Below are positions 41,939 to 49,813 of a stretch of DNA of 56,948 nucleotides, piece by piece. Source of the DNA: Pedosphaera sp. (GTDB lineage Bacteria; Verrucomicrobiota; Verrucomicrobiia; Limisphaerales; SIBH01); NCBI GenBank assembly GCA_031414955.1, contig JANOQV010000132.1:1-56948 (forward strand), in the 5' to 3' direction. The notes under the pieces were generated by a model. That model made no database searches. It saw only the letters and a program-made list of their open reading frames with translations, and was not told the origin of the DNA. Positions within the stretch are counted from its first letter, which is position 1, and every line of letters begins with the position of its first letter. The position numbers and the translations under genes were made by a program.

Positions 41939-44617
41939 ATGAAAAATTCACTCCGTTCCCTGCTGTTACTCGCGACCTGGCTTGCGATAGCGGGTGCCGT
42001 TTCCGCCCAATCCACCGCCTTCACCTACCAGGGCCGCGTGCAGGCCAATGGCGCCGACTTCACCGGCGCCGGCCAGTTCAAGTTCGCACTCGTCATCAGC
42101 ACCAACGCCAGCCGCCAGGCCACCGCCACGGTCACGACCAGCGGCGGCTTCGTCACCATCGTCAATGTCACGGATGGAGGCGCGGGATATGTCTCGGCTC
42201 CAGCAGTCACTGCTGTCGGCGGAGGCGGCGCGGGGGCCGTGCTGACGGCCAATGTTTCCGGCGGCGCGGTGATCAGTATCACTGTCAACAACCCCGGCGG
42301 CGGCTATGTGAGCCTGCCCGCCATCGTCATCGCCCCGCCGCTTGACGCCATTCTTTACACCACCTACTGGAGCAATGACGGCACCAGCGTGAACGGGAGC
42401 GAACCCTCCGCTGCCGTCAGCGTGCCCGTCTCCAATGGACTCTTCACCGTGGTGCTGGGCGGCCCCGGCCTGCCAAATATGCAGGCCATCGGCGCGTCCG
42501 TGTTCGACCAGACCAATCTCCAGATGCGGGTCTGGTTCAATGATGGTGTCAACGGGTTCGCAGCCCTGAGTCCCGTGCAAGCCCTCACGACCACGCCCTA
42601 CGCCAGCCGGGCGCGAGTGGCGGGCAGCGTCAGCGGGACCATCGGTGCGGCCAACATCGCCACGGGCGCGGTCACCTCGCTCCAGATTCTAGACGGGAGC
42701 ATCACCGGCGGGGACATCGCCGACGGCACCATCGGCGCGGCGGATGTGAACGCCGCGAGTTTCAACAACACCTTCTGGCGGATCGGCGGCAACACGAATG
42801 CGACCGGCACGCCCTTCCTCGGCACCCTGGACTTCCGGCCCATGGAAATAAAAGTCGGCAATCTGCGCGTGCTGCGGTTGGAACCGGATTTTGAAAGCCC
42901 GAACATCATCTGGGGATACCGGGATAATTTCGTGGACTCGGCCTACGGCGCGACGATTTCCGGCGGCGGAACCTTGGGCCTGAGCAACTACATCGCGCCT
43001 TCGGGCTACGCCACCATTGGCGGCGGCCTGGGCAACGCCATCCAGAGCGTGGCGCAAAATGCCACCATCGGCGGAGGTGGATTGAATGTCATCCAGAGCG
43101 ACGCCCAAAACGCGAACATTGACGGTGGCTGGGCCAACACCGTTCTCGCGAGCGCGTGGAACGCGACGGTGGGCGGCGGCTTGCTCAACACGGCCGGAGC
43201 GGTCAGTGCGACGGTGGGTGGCGGGCAGAACAACACCGCCGGCGCGACCAGCGCGACCATCGGCGGCGGCACGAACAACCTGATTCGGAGCGGGGCTGTG
43301 GCGGCGGTCATCAGCGGCGGCCGGCAGAACGACATTGGCACCAACTCGACTTACAGCGCGATTGGCGGGGGACGTTCCAACGCCGTGGCCTCATCCTCCC
43401 CGGCGAGCACCGTCGCCGGAGGGCACTTCAACAGCATTGGCACCAACTCCGGTCAGAGCGTCATCGGCGGGGGCAGCACCAACAGCATCGCGAACAATGC
43501 CGCGCTCAGCGTCATCGCCGGAGGTCTGAGCAACTACATCGGCTCGAACGCATTTTTCAGTGCCATCGGGGGCGGGTGGCAGAACGGCATTCAGAACAAC
43601 GCCCGTTACGGGACCATCCCTGGCGGCACCAATAACATCATTCGGTACGGTGCCTTTGGTGCCGCCATCGGCGGAGGATCAGATAACAGTATTGGTACCA
43701 ACGCAGGCTACAGCACCATCGCCGGAGGTAATGATAACTACGTTGCCAATTCCTATAACGCGACGATCGCCGGCGGAAATGGTAACGACATCGGCAAGAC
43801 CTCAGATTCCAGCGCCATTGGAGGAGGCTACGGCAACTCCATTGCCGATGTTTCCTATGCAAGCACTATCGGCGGAGGTCACATCAACTACATAGATGCC
43901 AACTCAAAACAAAGCACCATCGGCGGGGGATATTTCAACCGCATTGGCACTAACTCACCGGCCAGCACCATCGGCGGAGGAACGAATAACCAGATCGCCC
44001 GCAATGCCGCCTATGCGATGATTCCGGGCGGCGACTACAACTTCGCCACGAACCGCGCCTTTGCCGCCGGGTCGCATGCCAGAGCCAGTCACACCGGAGC
44101 TTTTGTCTGGGCGGACTCACAAGATCTCTTCTTCAGTTCCACCGCGAACAACGAAGTGAGCTTCCGTTGCCAGGGTGGTGTGCGCTTCACCAGCGGCAGC
44201 GGCTCGGCCAACCAGACCGTGTCGTGGATACCCGGAACGGGCGCGTGGAGTTTTACCAGCGACCGCGAAACCAAGGAGGCGCTCGTGCCGGTCGAAGGCC
44301 GCGCGGTTTTGGAACGTGTAGCGCGCCTGCCCATCAGCGAATGGAATTACAAAGGCTATCCGCAGCGGCACATCGGACCCATGGCGCAGGATTTCCACGC
44401 TGCCTTCCCGCTCAACACCAACGACACCACCCTCAACACCGCCGACCTCCACGGCGTGGCCCTGGCCGCCATCCAGGGCTTGAACCAGAAGCTGGAAGAC
44501 CGGGCGAACCGCCTGGAAAAAGAATTCCACGAGACCAGCGCGGAGAACGCGGCCTTGAAGCAGCGCCTGACCCAACTGGAAGCCCTCGTCTCCAAGCTCG
44601 CCAACGGAAAGGAATAA
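41939..44617 (+). CDS. Secreted tail-fibre-like protein 3 with C-terminal peptidase S74-type intramolecular chaperone domain
   Basis: Signal peptide nearly identical to the 38592 gene; AFTYQGR; xTIGGGxxN repeats; GAFVWADS; TSDRETK...VLERVARLPISEWNYK...HIGPMAQDF.AAF...GVALAAIQGL followed by a coiled coil. Start at ATG 41939. Confidence 0.9.
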   Translation: MKNSLRSLLLLATWLAIAGAVSAQSTAFTYQGRVQANGADFTGAGQFKFALVISTNASRQATATVTTSGGFVTIVNVTDGGAGYVSAPAVTAVGGGGAGAVLTANVSGGAVISITVNNPGGGYVSLPAIVIAPPLDAILYTTYWSNDGTSVNGSEPSAAVSVPVSNGLFTVVLGGPGLPNMQAIGASVFDQTNLQMRVWFNDGVNGFAALSPVQALTTTPYASRARVAGSVSGTIGAANIATGAVTSLQILDGSITGGDIADGTIGAADVNAASFNNTFWRIGGNTNATGTPFLGTLDFRPMEIKVGNLRVLRLEPDFESPNIIWGYRDNFVDSAYGATISGGGTLGLSNYIAPSGYATIGGGLGNAIQSVAQNATIGGGGLNVIQSDAQNANIDGGWANTVLASAWNATVGGGLLNTAGAVSATVGGGQNNTAGATSATIGGGTNNLIRSGAVAAVISGGRQNDIGTNSTYSAIGGGRSNAVASSSPASTVAGGHFNSIGTNSGQSVIGGGSTNSIANNAALSVIAGGLSNYIGSNAFFSAIGGGWQNGIQNNARYGTIPGGTNNIIRYGAFGAAIGGGSDNSIGTNAGYSTIAGGNDNYVANSYNATIAGGNGNDIGKTSDSSAIGGGYGNSIADVSYASTIGGGHINYIDANSKQSTIGGGYFNRIGTNSPASTIGGGTNNQIARNAAYAMIPGGDYNFATNRAFAAGSHARASHTGAFVWADSQDLFFSSTANNEVSFRCQGGVRFTSGSGSANQTVSWIPGTGAWSFTSDRETKEALVPVEGRAVLERVARLPISEWNYKGYPQRHIGPMAQDFHAAFPLNTNDTTLNTADLHGVALAAIQGLNQKLEDRANRLEKEFHETSAENAALKQRLTQLEALVSKLANGKE

Positions 44618-44621
44618 CGCC

Positions 44622-45086
44622 ATGAAACACAAAACTCTCCCCGCCCTCGTGTTCCTGCTGTCCCTGGGACTCGCGGCCCGCGCGCAGGTCTATTCCATCA
44701 ACTGGCACACCATCGACGGCGGCGGCGGGACAAGCACGGGCGGCGTGTATTCCGTCAGCGGCACTATCGGCCAGCCGGACGCGGGCGTGCCGATGGCCGG
44801 CGGGAATTATTCGCTCGTGGGCGGCTTCTGGGGCGTGGTCTCGGCCCTCCAGACACCCGGCGCACCGCTCCTCTCGGTGCAGCGGATCGGTGGCAGCGTG
44901 CGCGTCTTCTGGCCGTGGCCCGCCACGGACTTCGTGCTCGACCAGACGGCGGCGTTGACGTCCCCGCCCGCCGCCATCGGGTGGGCGCAGGTTCCGCTGG
45001 CCGCATATCAAACCAACGCCACGCACATCTCCATCACCATCCCCACGTCCACGGGAAGCAAATTCTACCGCCTGCGCAGGCCGTGA
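44622..45086 (+). CDS. Small secreted Gly-rich protein (YSINW.TIDGGGG...GGFW) with C-terminal FYRL module
   Basis: Signal peptide ending ARA-Q; YSINWHTIDGGGGTSTGGVYSVSGTIGQPDAG.....GG.YSL.GGFW; ends KFYRLRRP. Starts 4 nt after the fibre 3 stop. Confidence 0.85.
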   Translation: MKHKTLPALVFLLSLGLAARAQVYSINWHTIDGGGGTSTGGVYSVSGTIGQPDAGVPMAGGNYSLVGGFWGVVSALQTPGAPLLSVQRIGGSVRVFWPWPATDFVLDQTAALTSPPAAIGWAQVPLAAYQTNATHISITIPTSTGSKFYRLRRP

Positions 45087-45314
45087 ACGTGGGTTTGCCG
45101 AGCTGAAACAGCCTGTGAGTCACTCACCCCGCTCTCCAGGGTCGTGGTGCCGTAGAGCGGCACTTCCCCGCTGACGAAATACGTGGTGTCGCCCCGGAAG
45201 GTAAAATTGGTTTCGCCCGCCTCGGGCACCAGTTCATAGTCGAGCACGAAGAGCGGAGCGGCATTGACTCCCTCGCCACCCAATCGAGTCAGGCTCATCC
45301 CTGGGCCTTGCCGC

Positions 45315-45384
45315 ACCTCCTCTCCCGCCCTTCGGGCACCCTCTCCTCCACTCCGAGTGGAGGAGAGGGATGGGGAGAGGAGGT
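45315..45384. repeat. Palindromic element (CCTCTCCC...GGGAGAGG type) inside an ORF
   Basis: ACCTCCTCTCCC-GCCCTTCGGGC-ACCCTCTCCTCCACTCCGAGTGGAGGAGAGGG-ATG-GGGAGAGGAGGT nested hairpins. Confidence 0.75.
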
Positions 45385-45423
45385 TCACGGGCAGGGAGGC
45401 CCGGCCACCCGGCGCTCCGGCCG

Positions 45424-45650
45424 GGGTGGAGAGCCTCGCGCTCCGAGGCGAGTTGGGAGTTCCGCTCGCAGCGCGAGCGGTGCCACCTGGGCGCTGGATG
45501 GCGGCGCGCTGCGCCGTCTTGTTACCGGTGCCGGCGGCGGCCAGCGGCGGGAGCAACCGAATGGCCGGCAGGTGGCTAGACTCGCGCTGCGAGGCCAGGA
45601 GGCTGGGCGCAGGGTTGGGAACACCGCTCGCAGCGCGAGCGGGACTACCT
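45424..45650. repeat. Two REP-like doublets of the GGTGG...TCGCGCTGCGA family (copies 2 and 3)
   Basis: 45424-45488 and 45570-45650 align with 30214-30284; copy 2 also shares the CGAGGCGAGTTGG spacer. Confidence 0.75.
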
Positions 45651-46842
45651 AAATCCACCGCCGCCGTGGTCTGGTTCAAGGTGTTGGTGTTGAGCGGCAG
45701 TTCCCGCAAGGCCGGCGCGGCCTGCCGATGCTCGATGCTCTCAATGAGGATACGCCTCGACTGGATCACTTCGAGCGACTTGCCCACGGGATGCGGCAAG
45801 TTGGCGAAGCCATTGGTGCGCCGTGCCGTGCTGAACGCTTTGCCGTGGGCCAGCTTCATTCGCCCTGAAAAATTCAAATCCGCATCGAGAAAATCCGGCG
45901 CGACCATGCTGGCGAGCTTTTGGGGGTTGGTTTCGCGGCGGATGAATTTGGCCTGTCCCGTCGGAGCACTGCCCTGCACCTGCTCGGTCAACATCTCCAA
46001 CCGCGAATCGGGCGAAAGCCCGAGGCTGGCCGGGTCCGGCGGACGCTCATGCAGCAGCACGTCGTGGGTCAGCCCCGAGGCCGTATTGCGAAGGCGAATC
46101 GAGGCTTTGATGCGCGTGAAGCAATTGCTGTAGATGATTTCATTCGAGTCCGTGAGCCAGCCCACCGCATTCGTCACTGCGTCGAGCAAGACCGAGCGGC
46201 CATCCACCGGATCAAAATAATCCAGGCCGAGCGGCTGAAACGTGACCGACTGGCCGCCCGGTTGAATGACCTTGATGCCCTCGCCCAGCCAGAGGTCCGC
46301 CGGCACGACCACCTGGTGCGTGGTGCCCGTGGCCTCCGCGCCCGAAGTGGTGATTTGAAAGGACGGATCGGCCGACACGAACTGTCCGTCCGCGCGACGC
46401 ACGTTCAAGCCCGCGCCCAGCTCGACATAGGCATTGGTCCGCGCGTGGACCTTGCCCGTGACGGTGTTGGTGCGCAGCGTCACGGCCTGCCAGTGAGTCT
46501 GGTTGGCCGAGCGGGAGGCCGCGTGCCACGGTGTCCGCACCAGTGGCGAGTAGCGCGAATCGGCGGCGGTCCCGACCACGCCGGCCAGGGCCAGCACTGC
46601 GGCCATCGCCACGGCGGCCAGGCGAGATTTTCGGGGCGGCCCAGAATAAAGCGGAGCGGGTTTGGTTTTCATGGGGAGTAGTGCTGCACAGAACCTTCGC
46701 CGACGAGTCTCGCCGTTTGGACAACAATGAGTCGGAGGTTCATTGGTCACAGGGTTTAGCCACAGCTTTGTCGGCGCAACTCCGCATGTTTATCAAAACG
46801 AGACAGGCGAACGGCCGGCTTATTGTGGATCGTGCCAGGGAA

Positions 46843-46918
46843 AGCCGGAGCGCCGAGCATTGCTCGGCACGAAGGCGCGTCGGTCCACTCAGGCCGAGCC
46901 ATGCTCGGCGCTCCGGCT
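46843..46918. repeat. REP-like doublet (GGAG-type)
   Basis: AGCCGGAGCGCCGAGCATTGCTCGGC ... GCCGAGCCATGCTCGGCGCTCCGGCT. Confidence 0.75.
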
Positions 46919-46964
46919 CCTGGCCCGCCGGCCACATCATGGCTTTTACTCCAGGTCACGAGTC

Positions 46965-47324
46965 TCAGTAGGTGCATGGGTATTGCTGCGGCGCACAGTC
47001 GAAGCATGGTTTGAAGTCACGGCAAAAGTTGGACGCGCAGGTGTAGCTCAGGGACGCCGCGATCTCTTTGTTGGAAAGACCCTCGGCCAGCAGCGGCGGC
47101 GCCAGGCTCATTCGCGCGCGCCTGATCCAGGCCTTGGGCGTGGTACGGAGTTGCGCGCGGAAACGCCGCTCCAGCGTGCGCACGTCCAGCCCGAGGTGCG
47201 CCGCCAAAGCTTTGACGCAGAATCGTTTTTGCCGGATTGCCACCTGTGGTCGTCCGTTCGGAGAAGATGTGCGCTCACACCAATAATACGCTCGATACCG
47301 CCTCGATCTTTCACCCATCGGCAA
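46965..47324 (-). CDS. Small AraC-type helix-turn-helix protein (DNA-binding domain only; start uncertain, may be a remnant)
   Basis: VKALAAHLGLDVRTLERRF....TTPKAWI...RM..A..LL.......KEIA..L.Y...SNF.RDFK......P..Y matches the AraC double-HTH pattern. Confidence 0.7.
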   Translation of the reverse strand: MPMGERSRRYRAYYWCERTSSPNGRPQVAIRQKRFCVKALAAHLGLDVRTLERRFRAQLRTTPKAWIRRARMSLAPPLLAEGLSNKEIAASLSYTCASNFCRDFKPCFDCAPQQYPCTY

Positions 47325-47423
47325 AAAATCTTTTGGGCGTGGCCCCCACGGTTCACATGCGGCTCATCGAGGTGAAAGGGTGCGGAAATCAGGTTCAAAG
47401 CCACCACGAATGGACACCGATGA

Positions 47424-47486
47424 ACCTACTGAGACTTGCACAATAGAGTGACAACCGATCACCCTATTGCACAAGTCTCAGTAGGT
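47424..47486. repeat. 63-bp imperfect palindrome with a partial third copy at 46957-46975
   Basis: 28-bp arms matching at 25 positions (ACCTACTGAGACTTG..CAATAG.GTGA) around a 7-nt loop. CAC(A/G)AGTCTCAGTAGGTGC occurs at 46957 and 47470. Confidence 0.75.
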
Positions 47487-47681
47487 GCGTCTGCCCTGGC
47501 CGCTTCCGCCTCCAAGCGGGCGAAAGCGGACCGATTGACCTGCCGGTTTGCGAACGGTGAAACGGTGTAGACGTCGCGCTCCATGCCCGTTGGCCATCAA
47601 GAACAGTGTCCAGATGCATCTCCTCCATTGGACAGGGCGCAGCCCGGAACCCGCGCTAAAACCGGGCGGAAAAGCCCTTCG

Positions 47682-47722
47682 TTGACAATCCTTTGTATTC
47701 TGATATTTCTGTCTAAACAGAA
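47682..47722 (+). promoter_or_regulatory. Putative sigma70 promoter and palindromic operator of the GbsR-family gene
   Basis: TTGACA at 47682, an AT-rich -10-like region near 47704, the TTCTGT-N4-ACAGAA palindrome at 47707-47722, then AAGGA RBS and ATG. Confidence 0.55.
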
Positions 47723-47731
47723 TTTAAGGAA

Positions 47732-48256
47732 ATGAAAGACCTGACCCCAGTCCAGCAACGGTTCATCCTCCACTGGGGCGAGATGGGGGTGCGCTGGGGC
47801 ATCAACCGCACCATGGCCCAGATTCACGCGCTGCTCTATCTCTCGCCCCAACCGCTGCACGCCGAAGCCATTTGTGACACGCTGGGCGTGGCCCGTTCCA
47901 ACGCCAGCAACAGCCTGCGCGAGTTGCAGAACTGGGGCGTGATCAAGGTGGTCCACCTCATGGGCGACCGGCGCGACCATTTTGAATCCATGGCCGACGT
48001 GTGGGAGATGTTCCGCCAGGTGCTGGACGAACGGAAGAAGCGCGAGATCGATCCGACCATCGAGATGTTGCGCCAATGCACGGAGGCCGCCGCGAAGGAC
48101 AAGGATCGCACCACTCACGATCGTCTTGCCGCCATGCGGGAGTTCTTCGAGACGATGGGCAAGTGGTACGAGCAGGTGGATCAACTGCCGACCCCGGCCG
48201 TGATCAAGTTCGTGAAGCTGGGCGGCAAAATCTCCAGGTGGATCGGATTGAAGTGA
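47732..48256 (+). CDS. GbsR/MarR-family transcriptional regulator
   Basis: FILHWGEMG.RWGINRT.AQIHALLY, LGVARSN.S.SLREL..WG and ERKKREIDP. Confidence 0.9.
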   Translation: MKDLTPVQQRFILHWGEMGVRWGINRTMAQIHALLYLSPQPLHAEAICDTLGVARSNASNSLRELQNWGVIKVVHLMGDRRDHFESMADVWEMFRQVLDERKKREIDPTIEMLRQCTEAAAKDKDRTTHDRLAAMREFFETMGKWYEQVDQLPTPAVIKFVKLGGKISRWIGLK

Positions 48257-48263
48257 GGTGCTT

Positions 48264-48431
48264 ATGACCATGGAAACTGAACTGGGCGGATGGGCGCTCT
48301 GTGGGGGCCGCGACAAGGCGAAGCCCGCGTCCCGCAACCCTGGCCGGCGGCGGCACGCCGGCCTGGTTCTGGAACTCGCACTCCTGCTCGCACTGGCGCT
48401 CTTGCTGCCACGAGCAAGGAATCGCAAATGA
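48264..48431 (+). CDS. Putative 55-aa membrane peptide (not in the ORF track)
   Basis: GAGGTG RBS. Translation: MTMETELGGWALCGGRDKAKPASRNPGRRRHAGLVLELALLLALALLLPRARNRK. Its TGA overlaps the ATG of the next gene (ATGA). Confidence 0.5.
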   Translation: MTMETELGGWALCGGRDKAKPASRNPGRRRHAGLVLELALLLALALLLPRARNRK

Positions 48432-49813
48432 ATATTCAATGCTCCGACCTCTGGACCTGGCGCGGCTCGATCAAGCGGGCGGAGTTCATTTTCTGGGGCG
48501 TGGTCTTGTTCGCCATCAAGTACAACCTTGACCGGTTGCTCATGTGGCGGATGTCCGGCCAGCGCTGGTCGCTGCTCGATTACACCAAGGTCAGCGAGTA
48601 TCTCTGGCCCAAGCTGCCGGCTTTTCGCGGAGTGGGAGACTTTGCCGTGCTGCTCCTGCTGGCCCTGCCTTTTATGGCCGCGGGCGTCCTGCTTACCTTG
48701 AAACGGTTGCGTTCCGCCGGTCTTCAGCCGTGGCTCGTGCTGTTCTTCTTCGTGCCGGTCATCAAACTCATCTTCTTCCTGCTGCTCTGTGTGCTGCCGT
48801 CGCGCGAACGGTTGGAGCGCGAGGCGACGGGGCCGGGCGGACTGAAAGGTTGGCTGGGGATGTTCATTCCGCGCAGCGGGAAGGGCAGCGCGGCAGCGGG
48901 AATCATTTTTGCCACGGTGTCGTCGGCGCTGTGCGTGTGGATTGGCACCACCGTGTTACGCGACTACGGATGGTCGCTGTTCGTCGGGCTGCCGTTCGCG
49001 TCCGGGTTTCTTTCGGTGCTGGTGTATGGCTACCACGAAAGGCGTTCGTTTGGCGGATGCATGGCGGTGTCCGCGCTGGCCATTGGGGCGGCTGGTGTTG
49101 CTTTGCTGATCGTCGCCATCGAAGGAGTGATTTGTCTCATCATGGCCGTCCCGCTGGCCGCACCGATGGCGATGGTCGGCGGCTGCGCGGCCTATCACAT
49201 CCAGGCGGCGGATTGGTGGCAGGGCAAACCAGCGCAGGTCTTTTGCGTCGCTCTCTTCGCACCGCTGCTCATGGTGGCCGAACATGTGAATCCGCCGATG
49301 CTGCCCCTCTTCAGCGTGACCTCCACCGTGACCGTCGATGCGCCGCCGGAAAAGGTCTGGGGTCACGTCGTCAGCTTTACCGACTTGCCACCGGCGCGTG
49401 AGTTCATCTTTCGCGCCGGCGTGGCCTATCCGATGCGGGCGCGCATTTACGGCCGGGGCGTGGGAGCGGAACGGCACTGTGAGTTTTCCACCGGTGCGTT
49501 CGTGGAGCCGATTGAAGTCTGGGACGAGCCGCGCTTGTTGAAGTTCTCCGTGACCAAGAATCCTCCTCCGATGCAGGAGTGGACGCCTTACGACGATTTA
49601 CACCCGGCGCATCTCGATGGTTTTCTCGCCTCACAGGCTGGGCAGTTTCATCTGGTGCCGTTGCCCGGCGGGCGCACTCGACTTGAGGGCACTACTTGGT
49701 ACCAGCATCACATGTGGCCGGCGACGTATTGGCGCTGGTGGTCGGACTACATCATTCACACCATTCACCTGCGCGTGCTGCGCCATGTGAAGCAACTCTC
49801 GGAGGAAGCATGA
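48428..49813 (+). CDS. Membrane protein with DUF805-like N-terminus and SRPBCC/START-like C-terminal domain
   Basis: W.WRG.I.R, LTLKRLRSAG, multiple TM helices, EGVIC..MA.PL, VTVDAPPEKVW, LFRAGVAYP-like segment, R.CEFSTG.FVEPI..WD and IH.RVL.H.K. Confidence 0.8.
   Translation: MNIQCSDLWTWRGSIKRAEFIFWGVVLFAIKYNLDRLLMWRMSGQRWSLLDYTKVSEYLWPKLPAFRGVGDFAVLLLLALPFMAAGVLLTLKRLRSAGLQPWLVLFFFVPVIKLIFFLLLCVLPSRERLEREATGPGGLKGWLGMFIPRSGKGSAAAGIIFATVSSALCVWIGTTVLRDYGWSLFVGLPFASGFLSVLVYGYHERRSFGGCMAVSALAIGAAGVALLIVAIEGVICLIMAVPLAAPMAMVGGCAAYHIQAADWWQGKPAQVFCVALFAPLLMVAEHVNPPMLPLFSVTSTVTVDAPPEKVWGHVVSFTDLPPAREFIFRAGVAYPMRARIYGRGVGAERHCEFSTGAFVEPIEVWDEPRLLKFSVTKNPPPMQEWTPYDDLHPAHLDGFLASQAGQFHLVPLPGGRTRLEGTTWYQHHMWPATYWRWWSDYIIHTIHLRVLRHVKQLSEEA

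Larger units (their letters stand above)
45065..46672 (-). pseudogene. Secreted hypothetical protein, probably a C-terminally truncated remnant of a larger surface protein, carrying in-frame REP-like insertions
   Basis: Hydrophobic signal segment after MKTKP and a globular-looking N-terminal region. A palindrome-derived low-complexity stretch follows (45265-45650), then FVLDY..TNFTF.GDTTYFVSG.V.LYGTTTLE, which runs abruptly into sequence overlapping the convergent gene. Confidence 0.55.

Noticed and set aside
35890..44617. Prophage, tailocin or contractile injection system suggested by tail-fibre/S74 domains
   Set aside because: No integrase, terminase, capsid, sheath, tube, baseplate or lysis genes are present, and all fibre-like proteins carry Sec signal peptides.
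35890..44617. Diversity-generating retroelement or shufflon acting on the fibre tips
   Set aside because: No reverse transcriptase, no adenine-specific TR/VR pair and no invertase with inverted cassettes were seen in the window.
35890..44617. Classical trimeric autotransporter (YadA-like) adhesins
   Set aside because: None ends in a beta-barrel anchor with a terminal aromatic residue. The C-termini are tip, chaperone or coiled-coil domains.
47424..47486. Integron attC site
   Set aside because: It lacks RYYYAAC/GTTRRRY core ends, and there is no integrase or cassette array.
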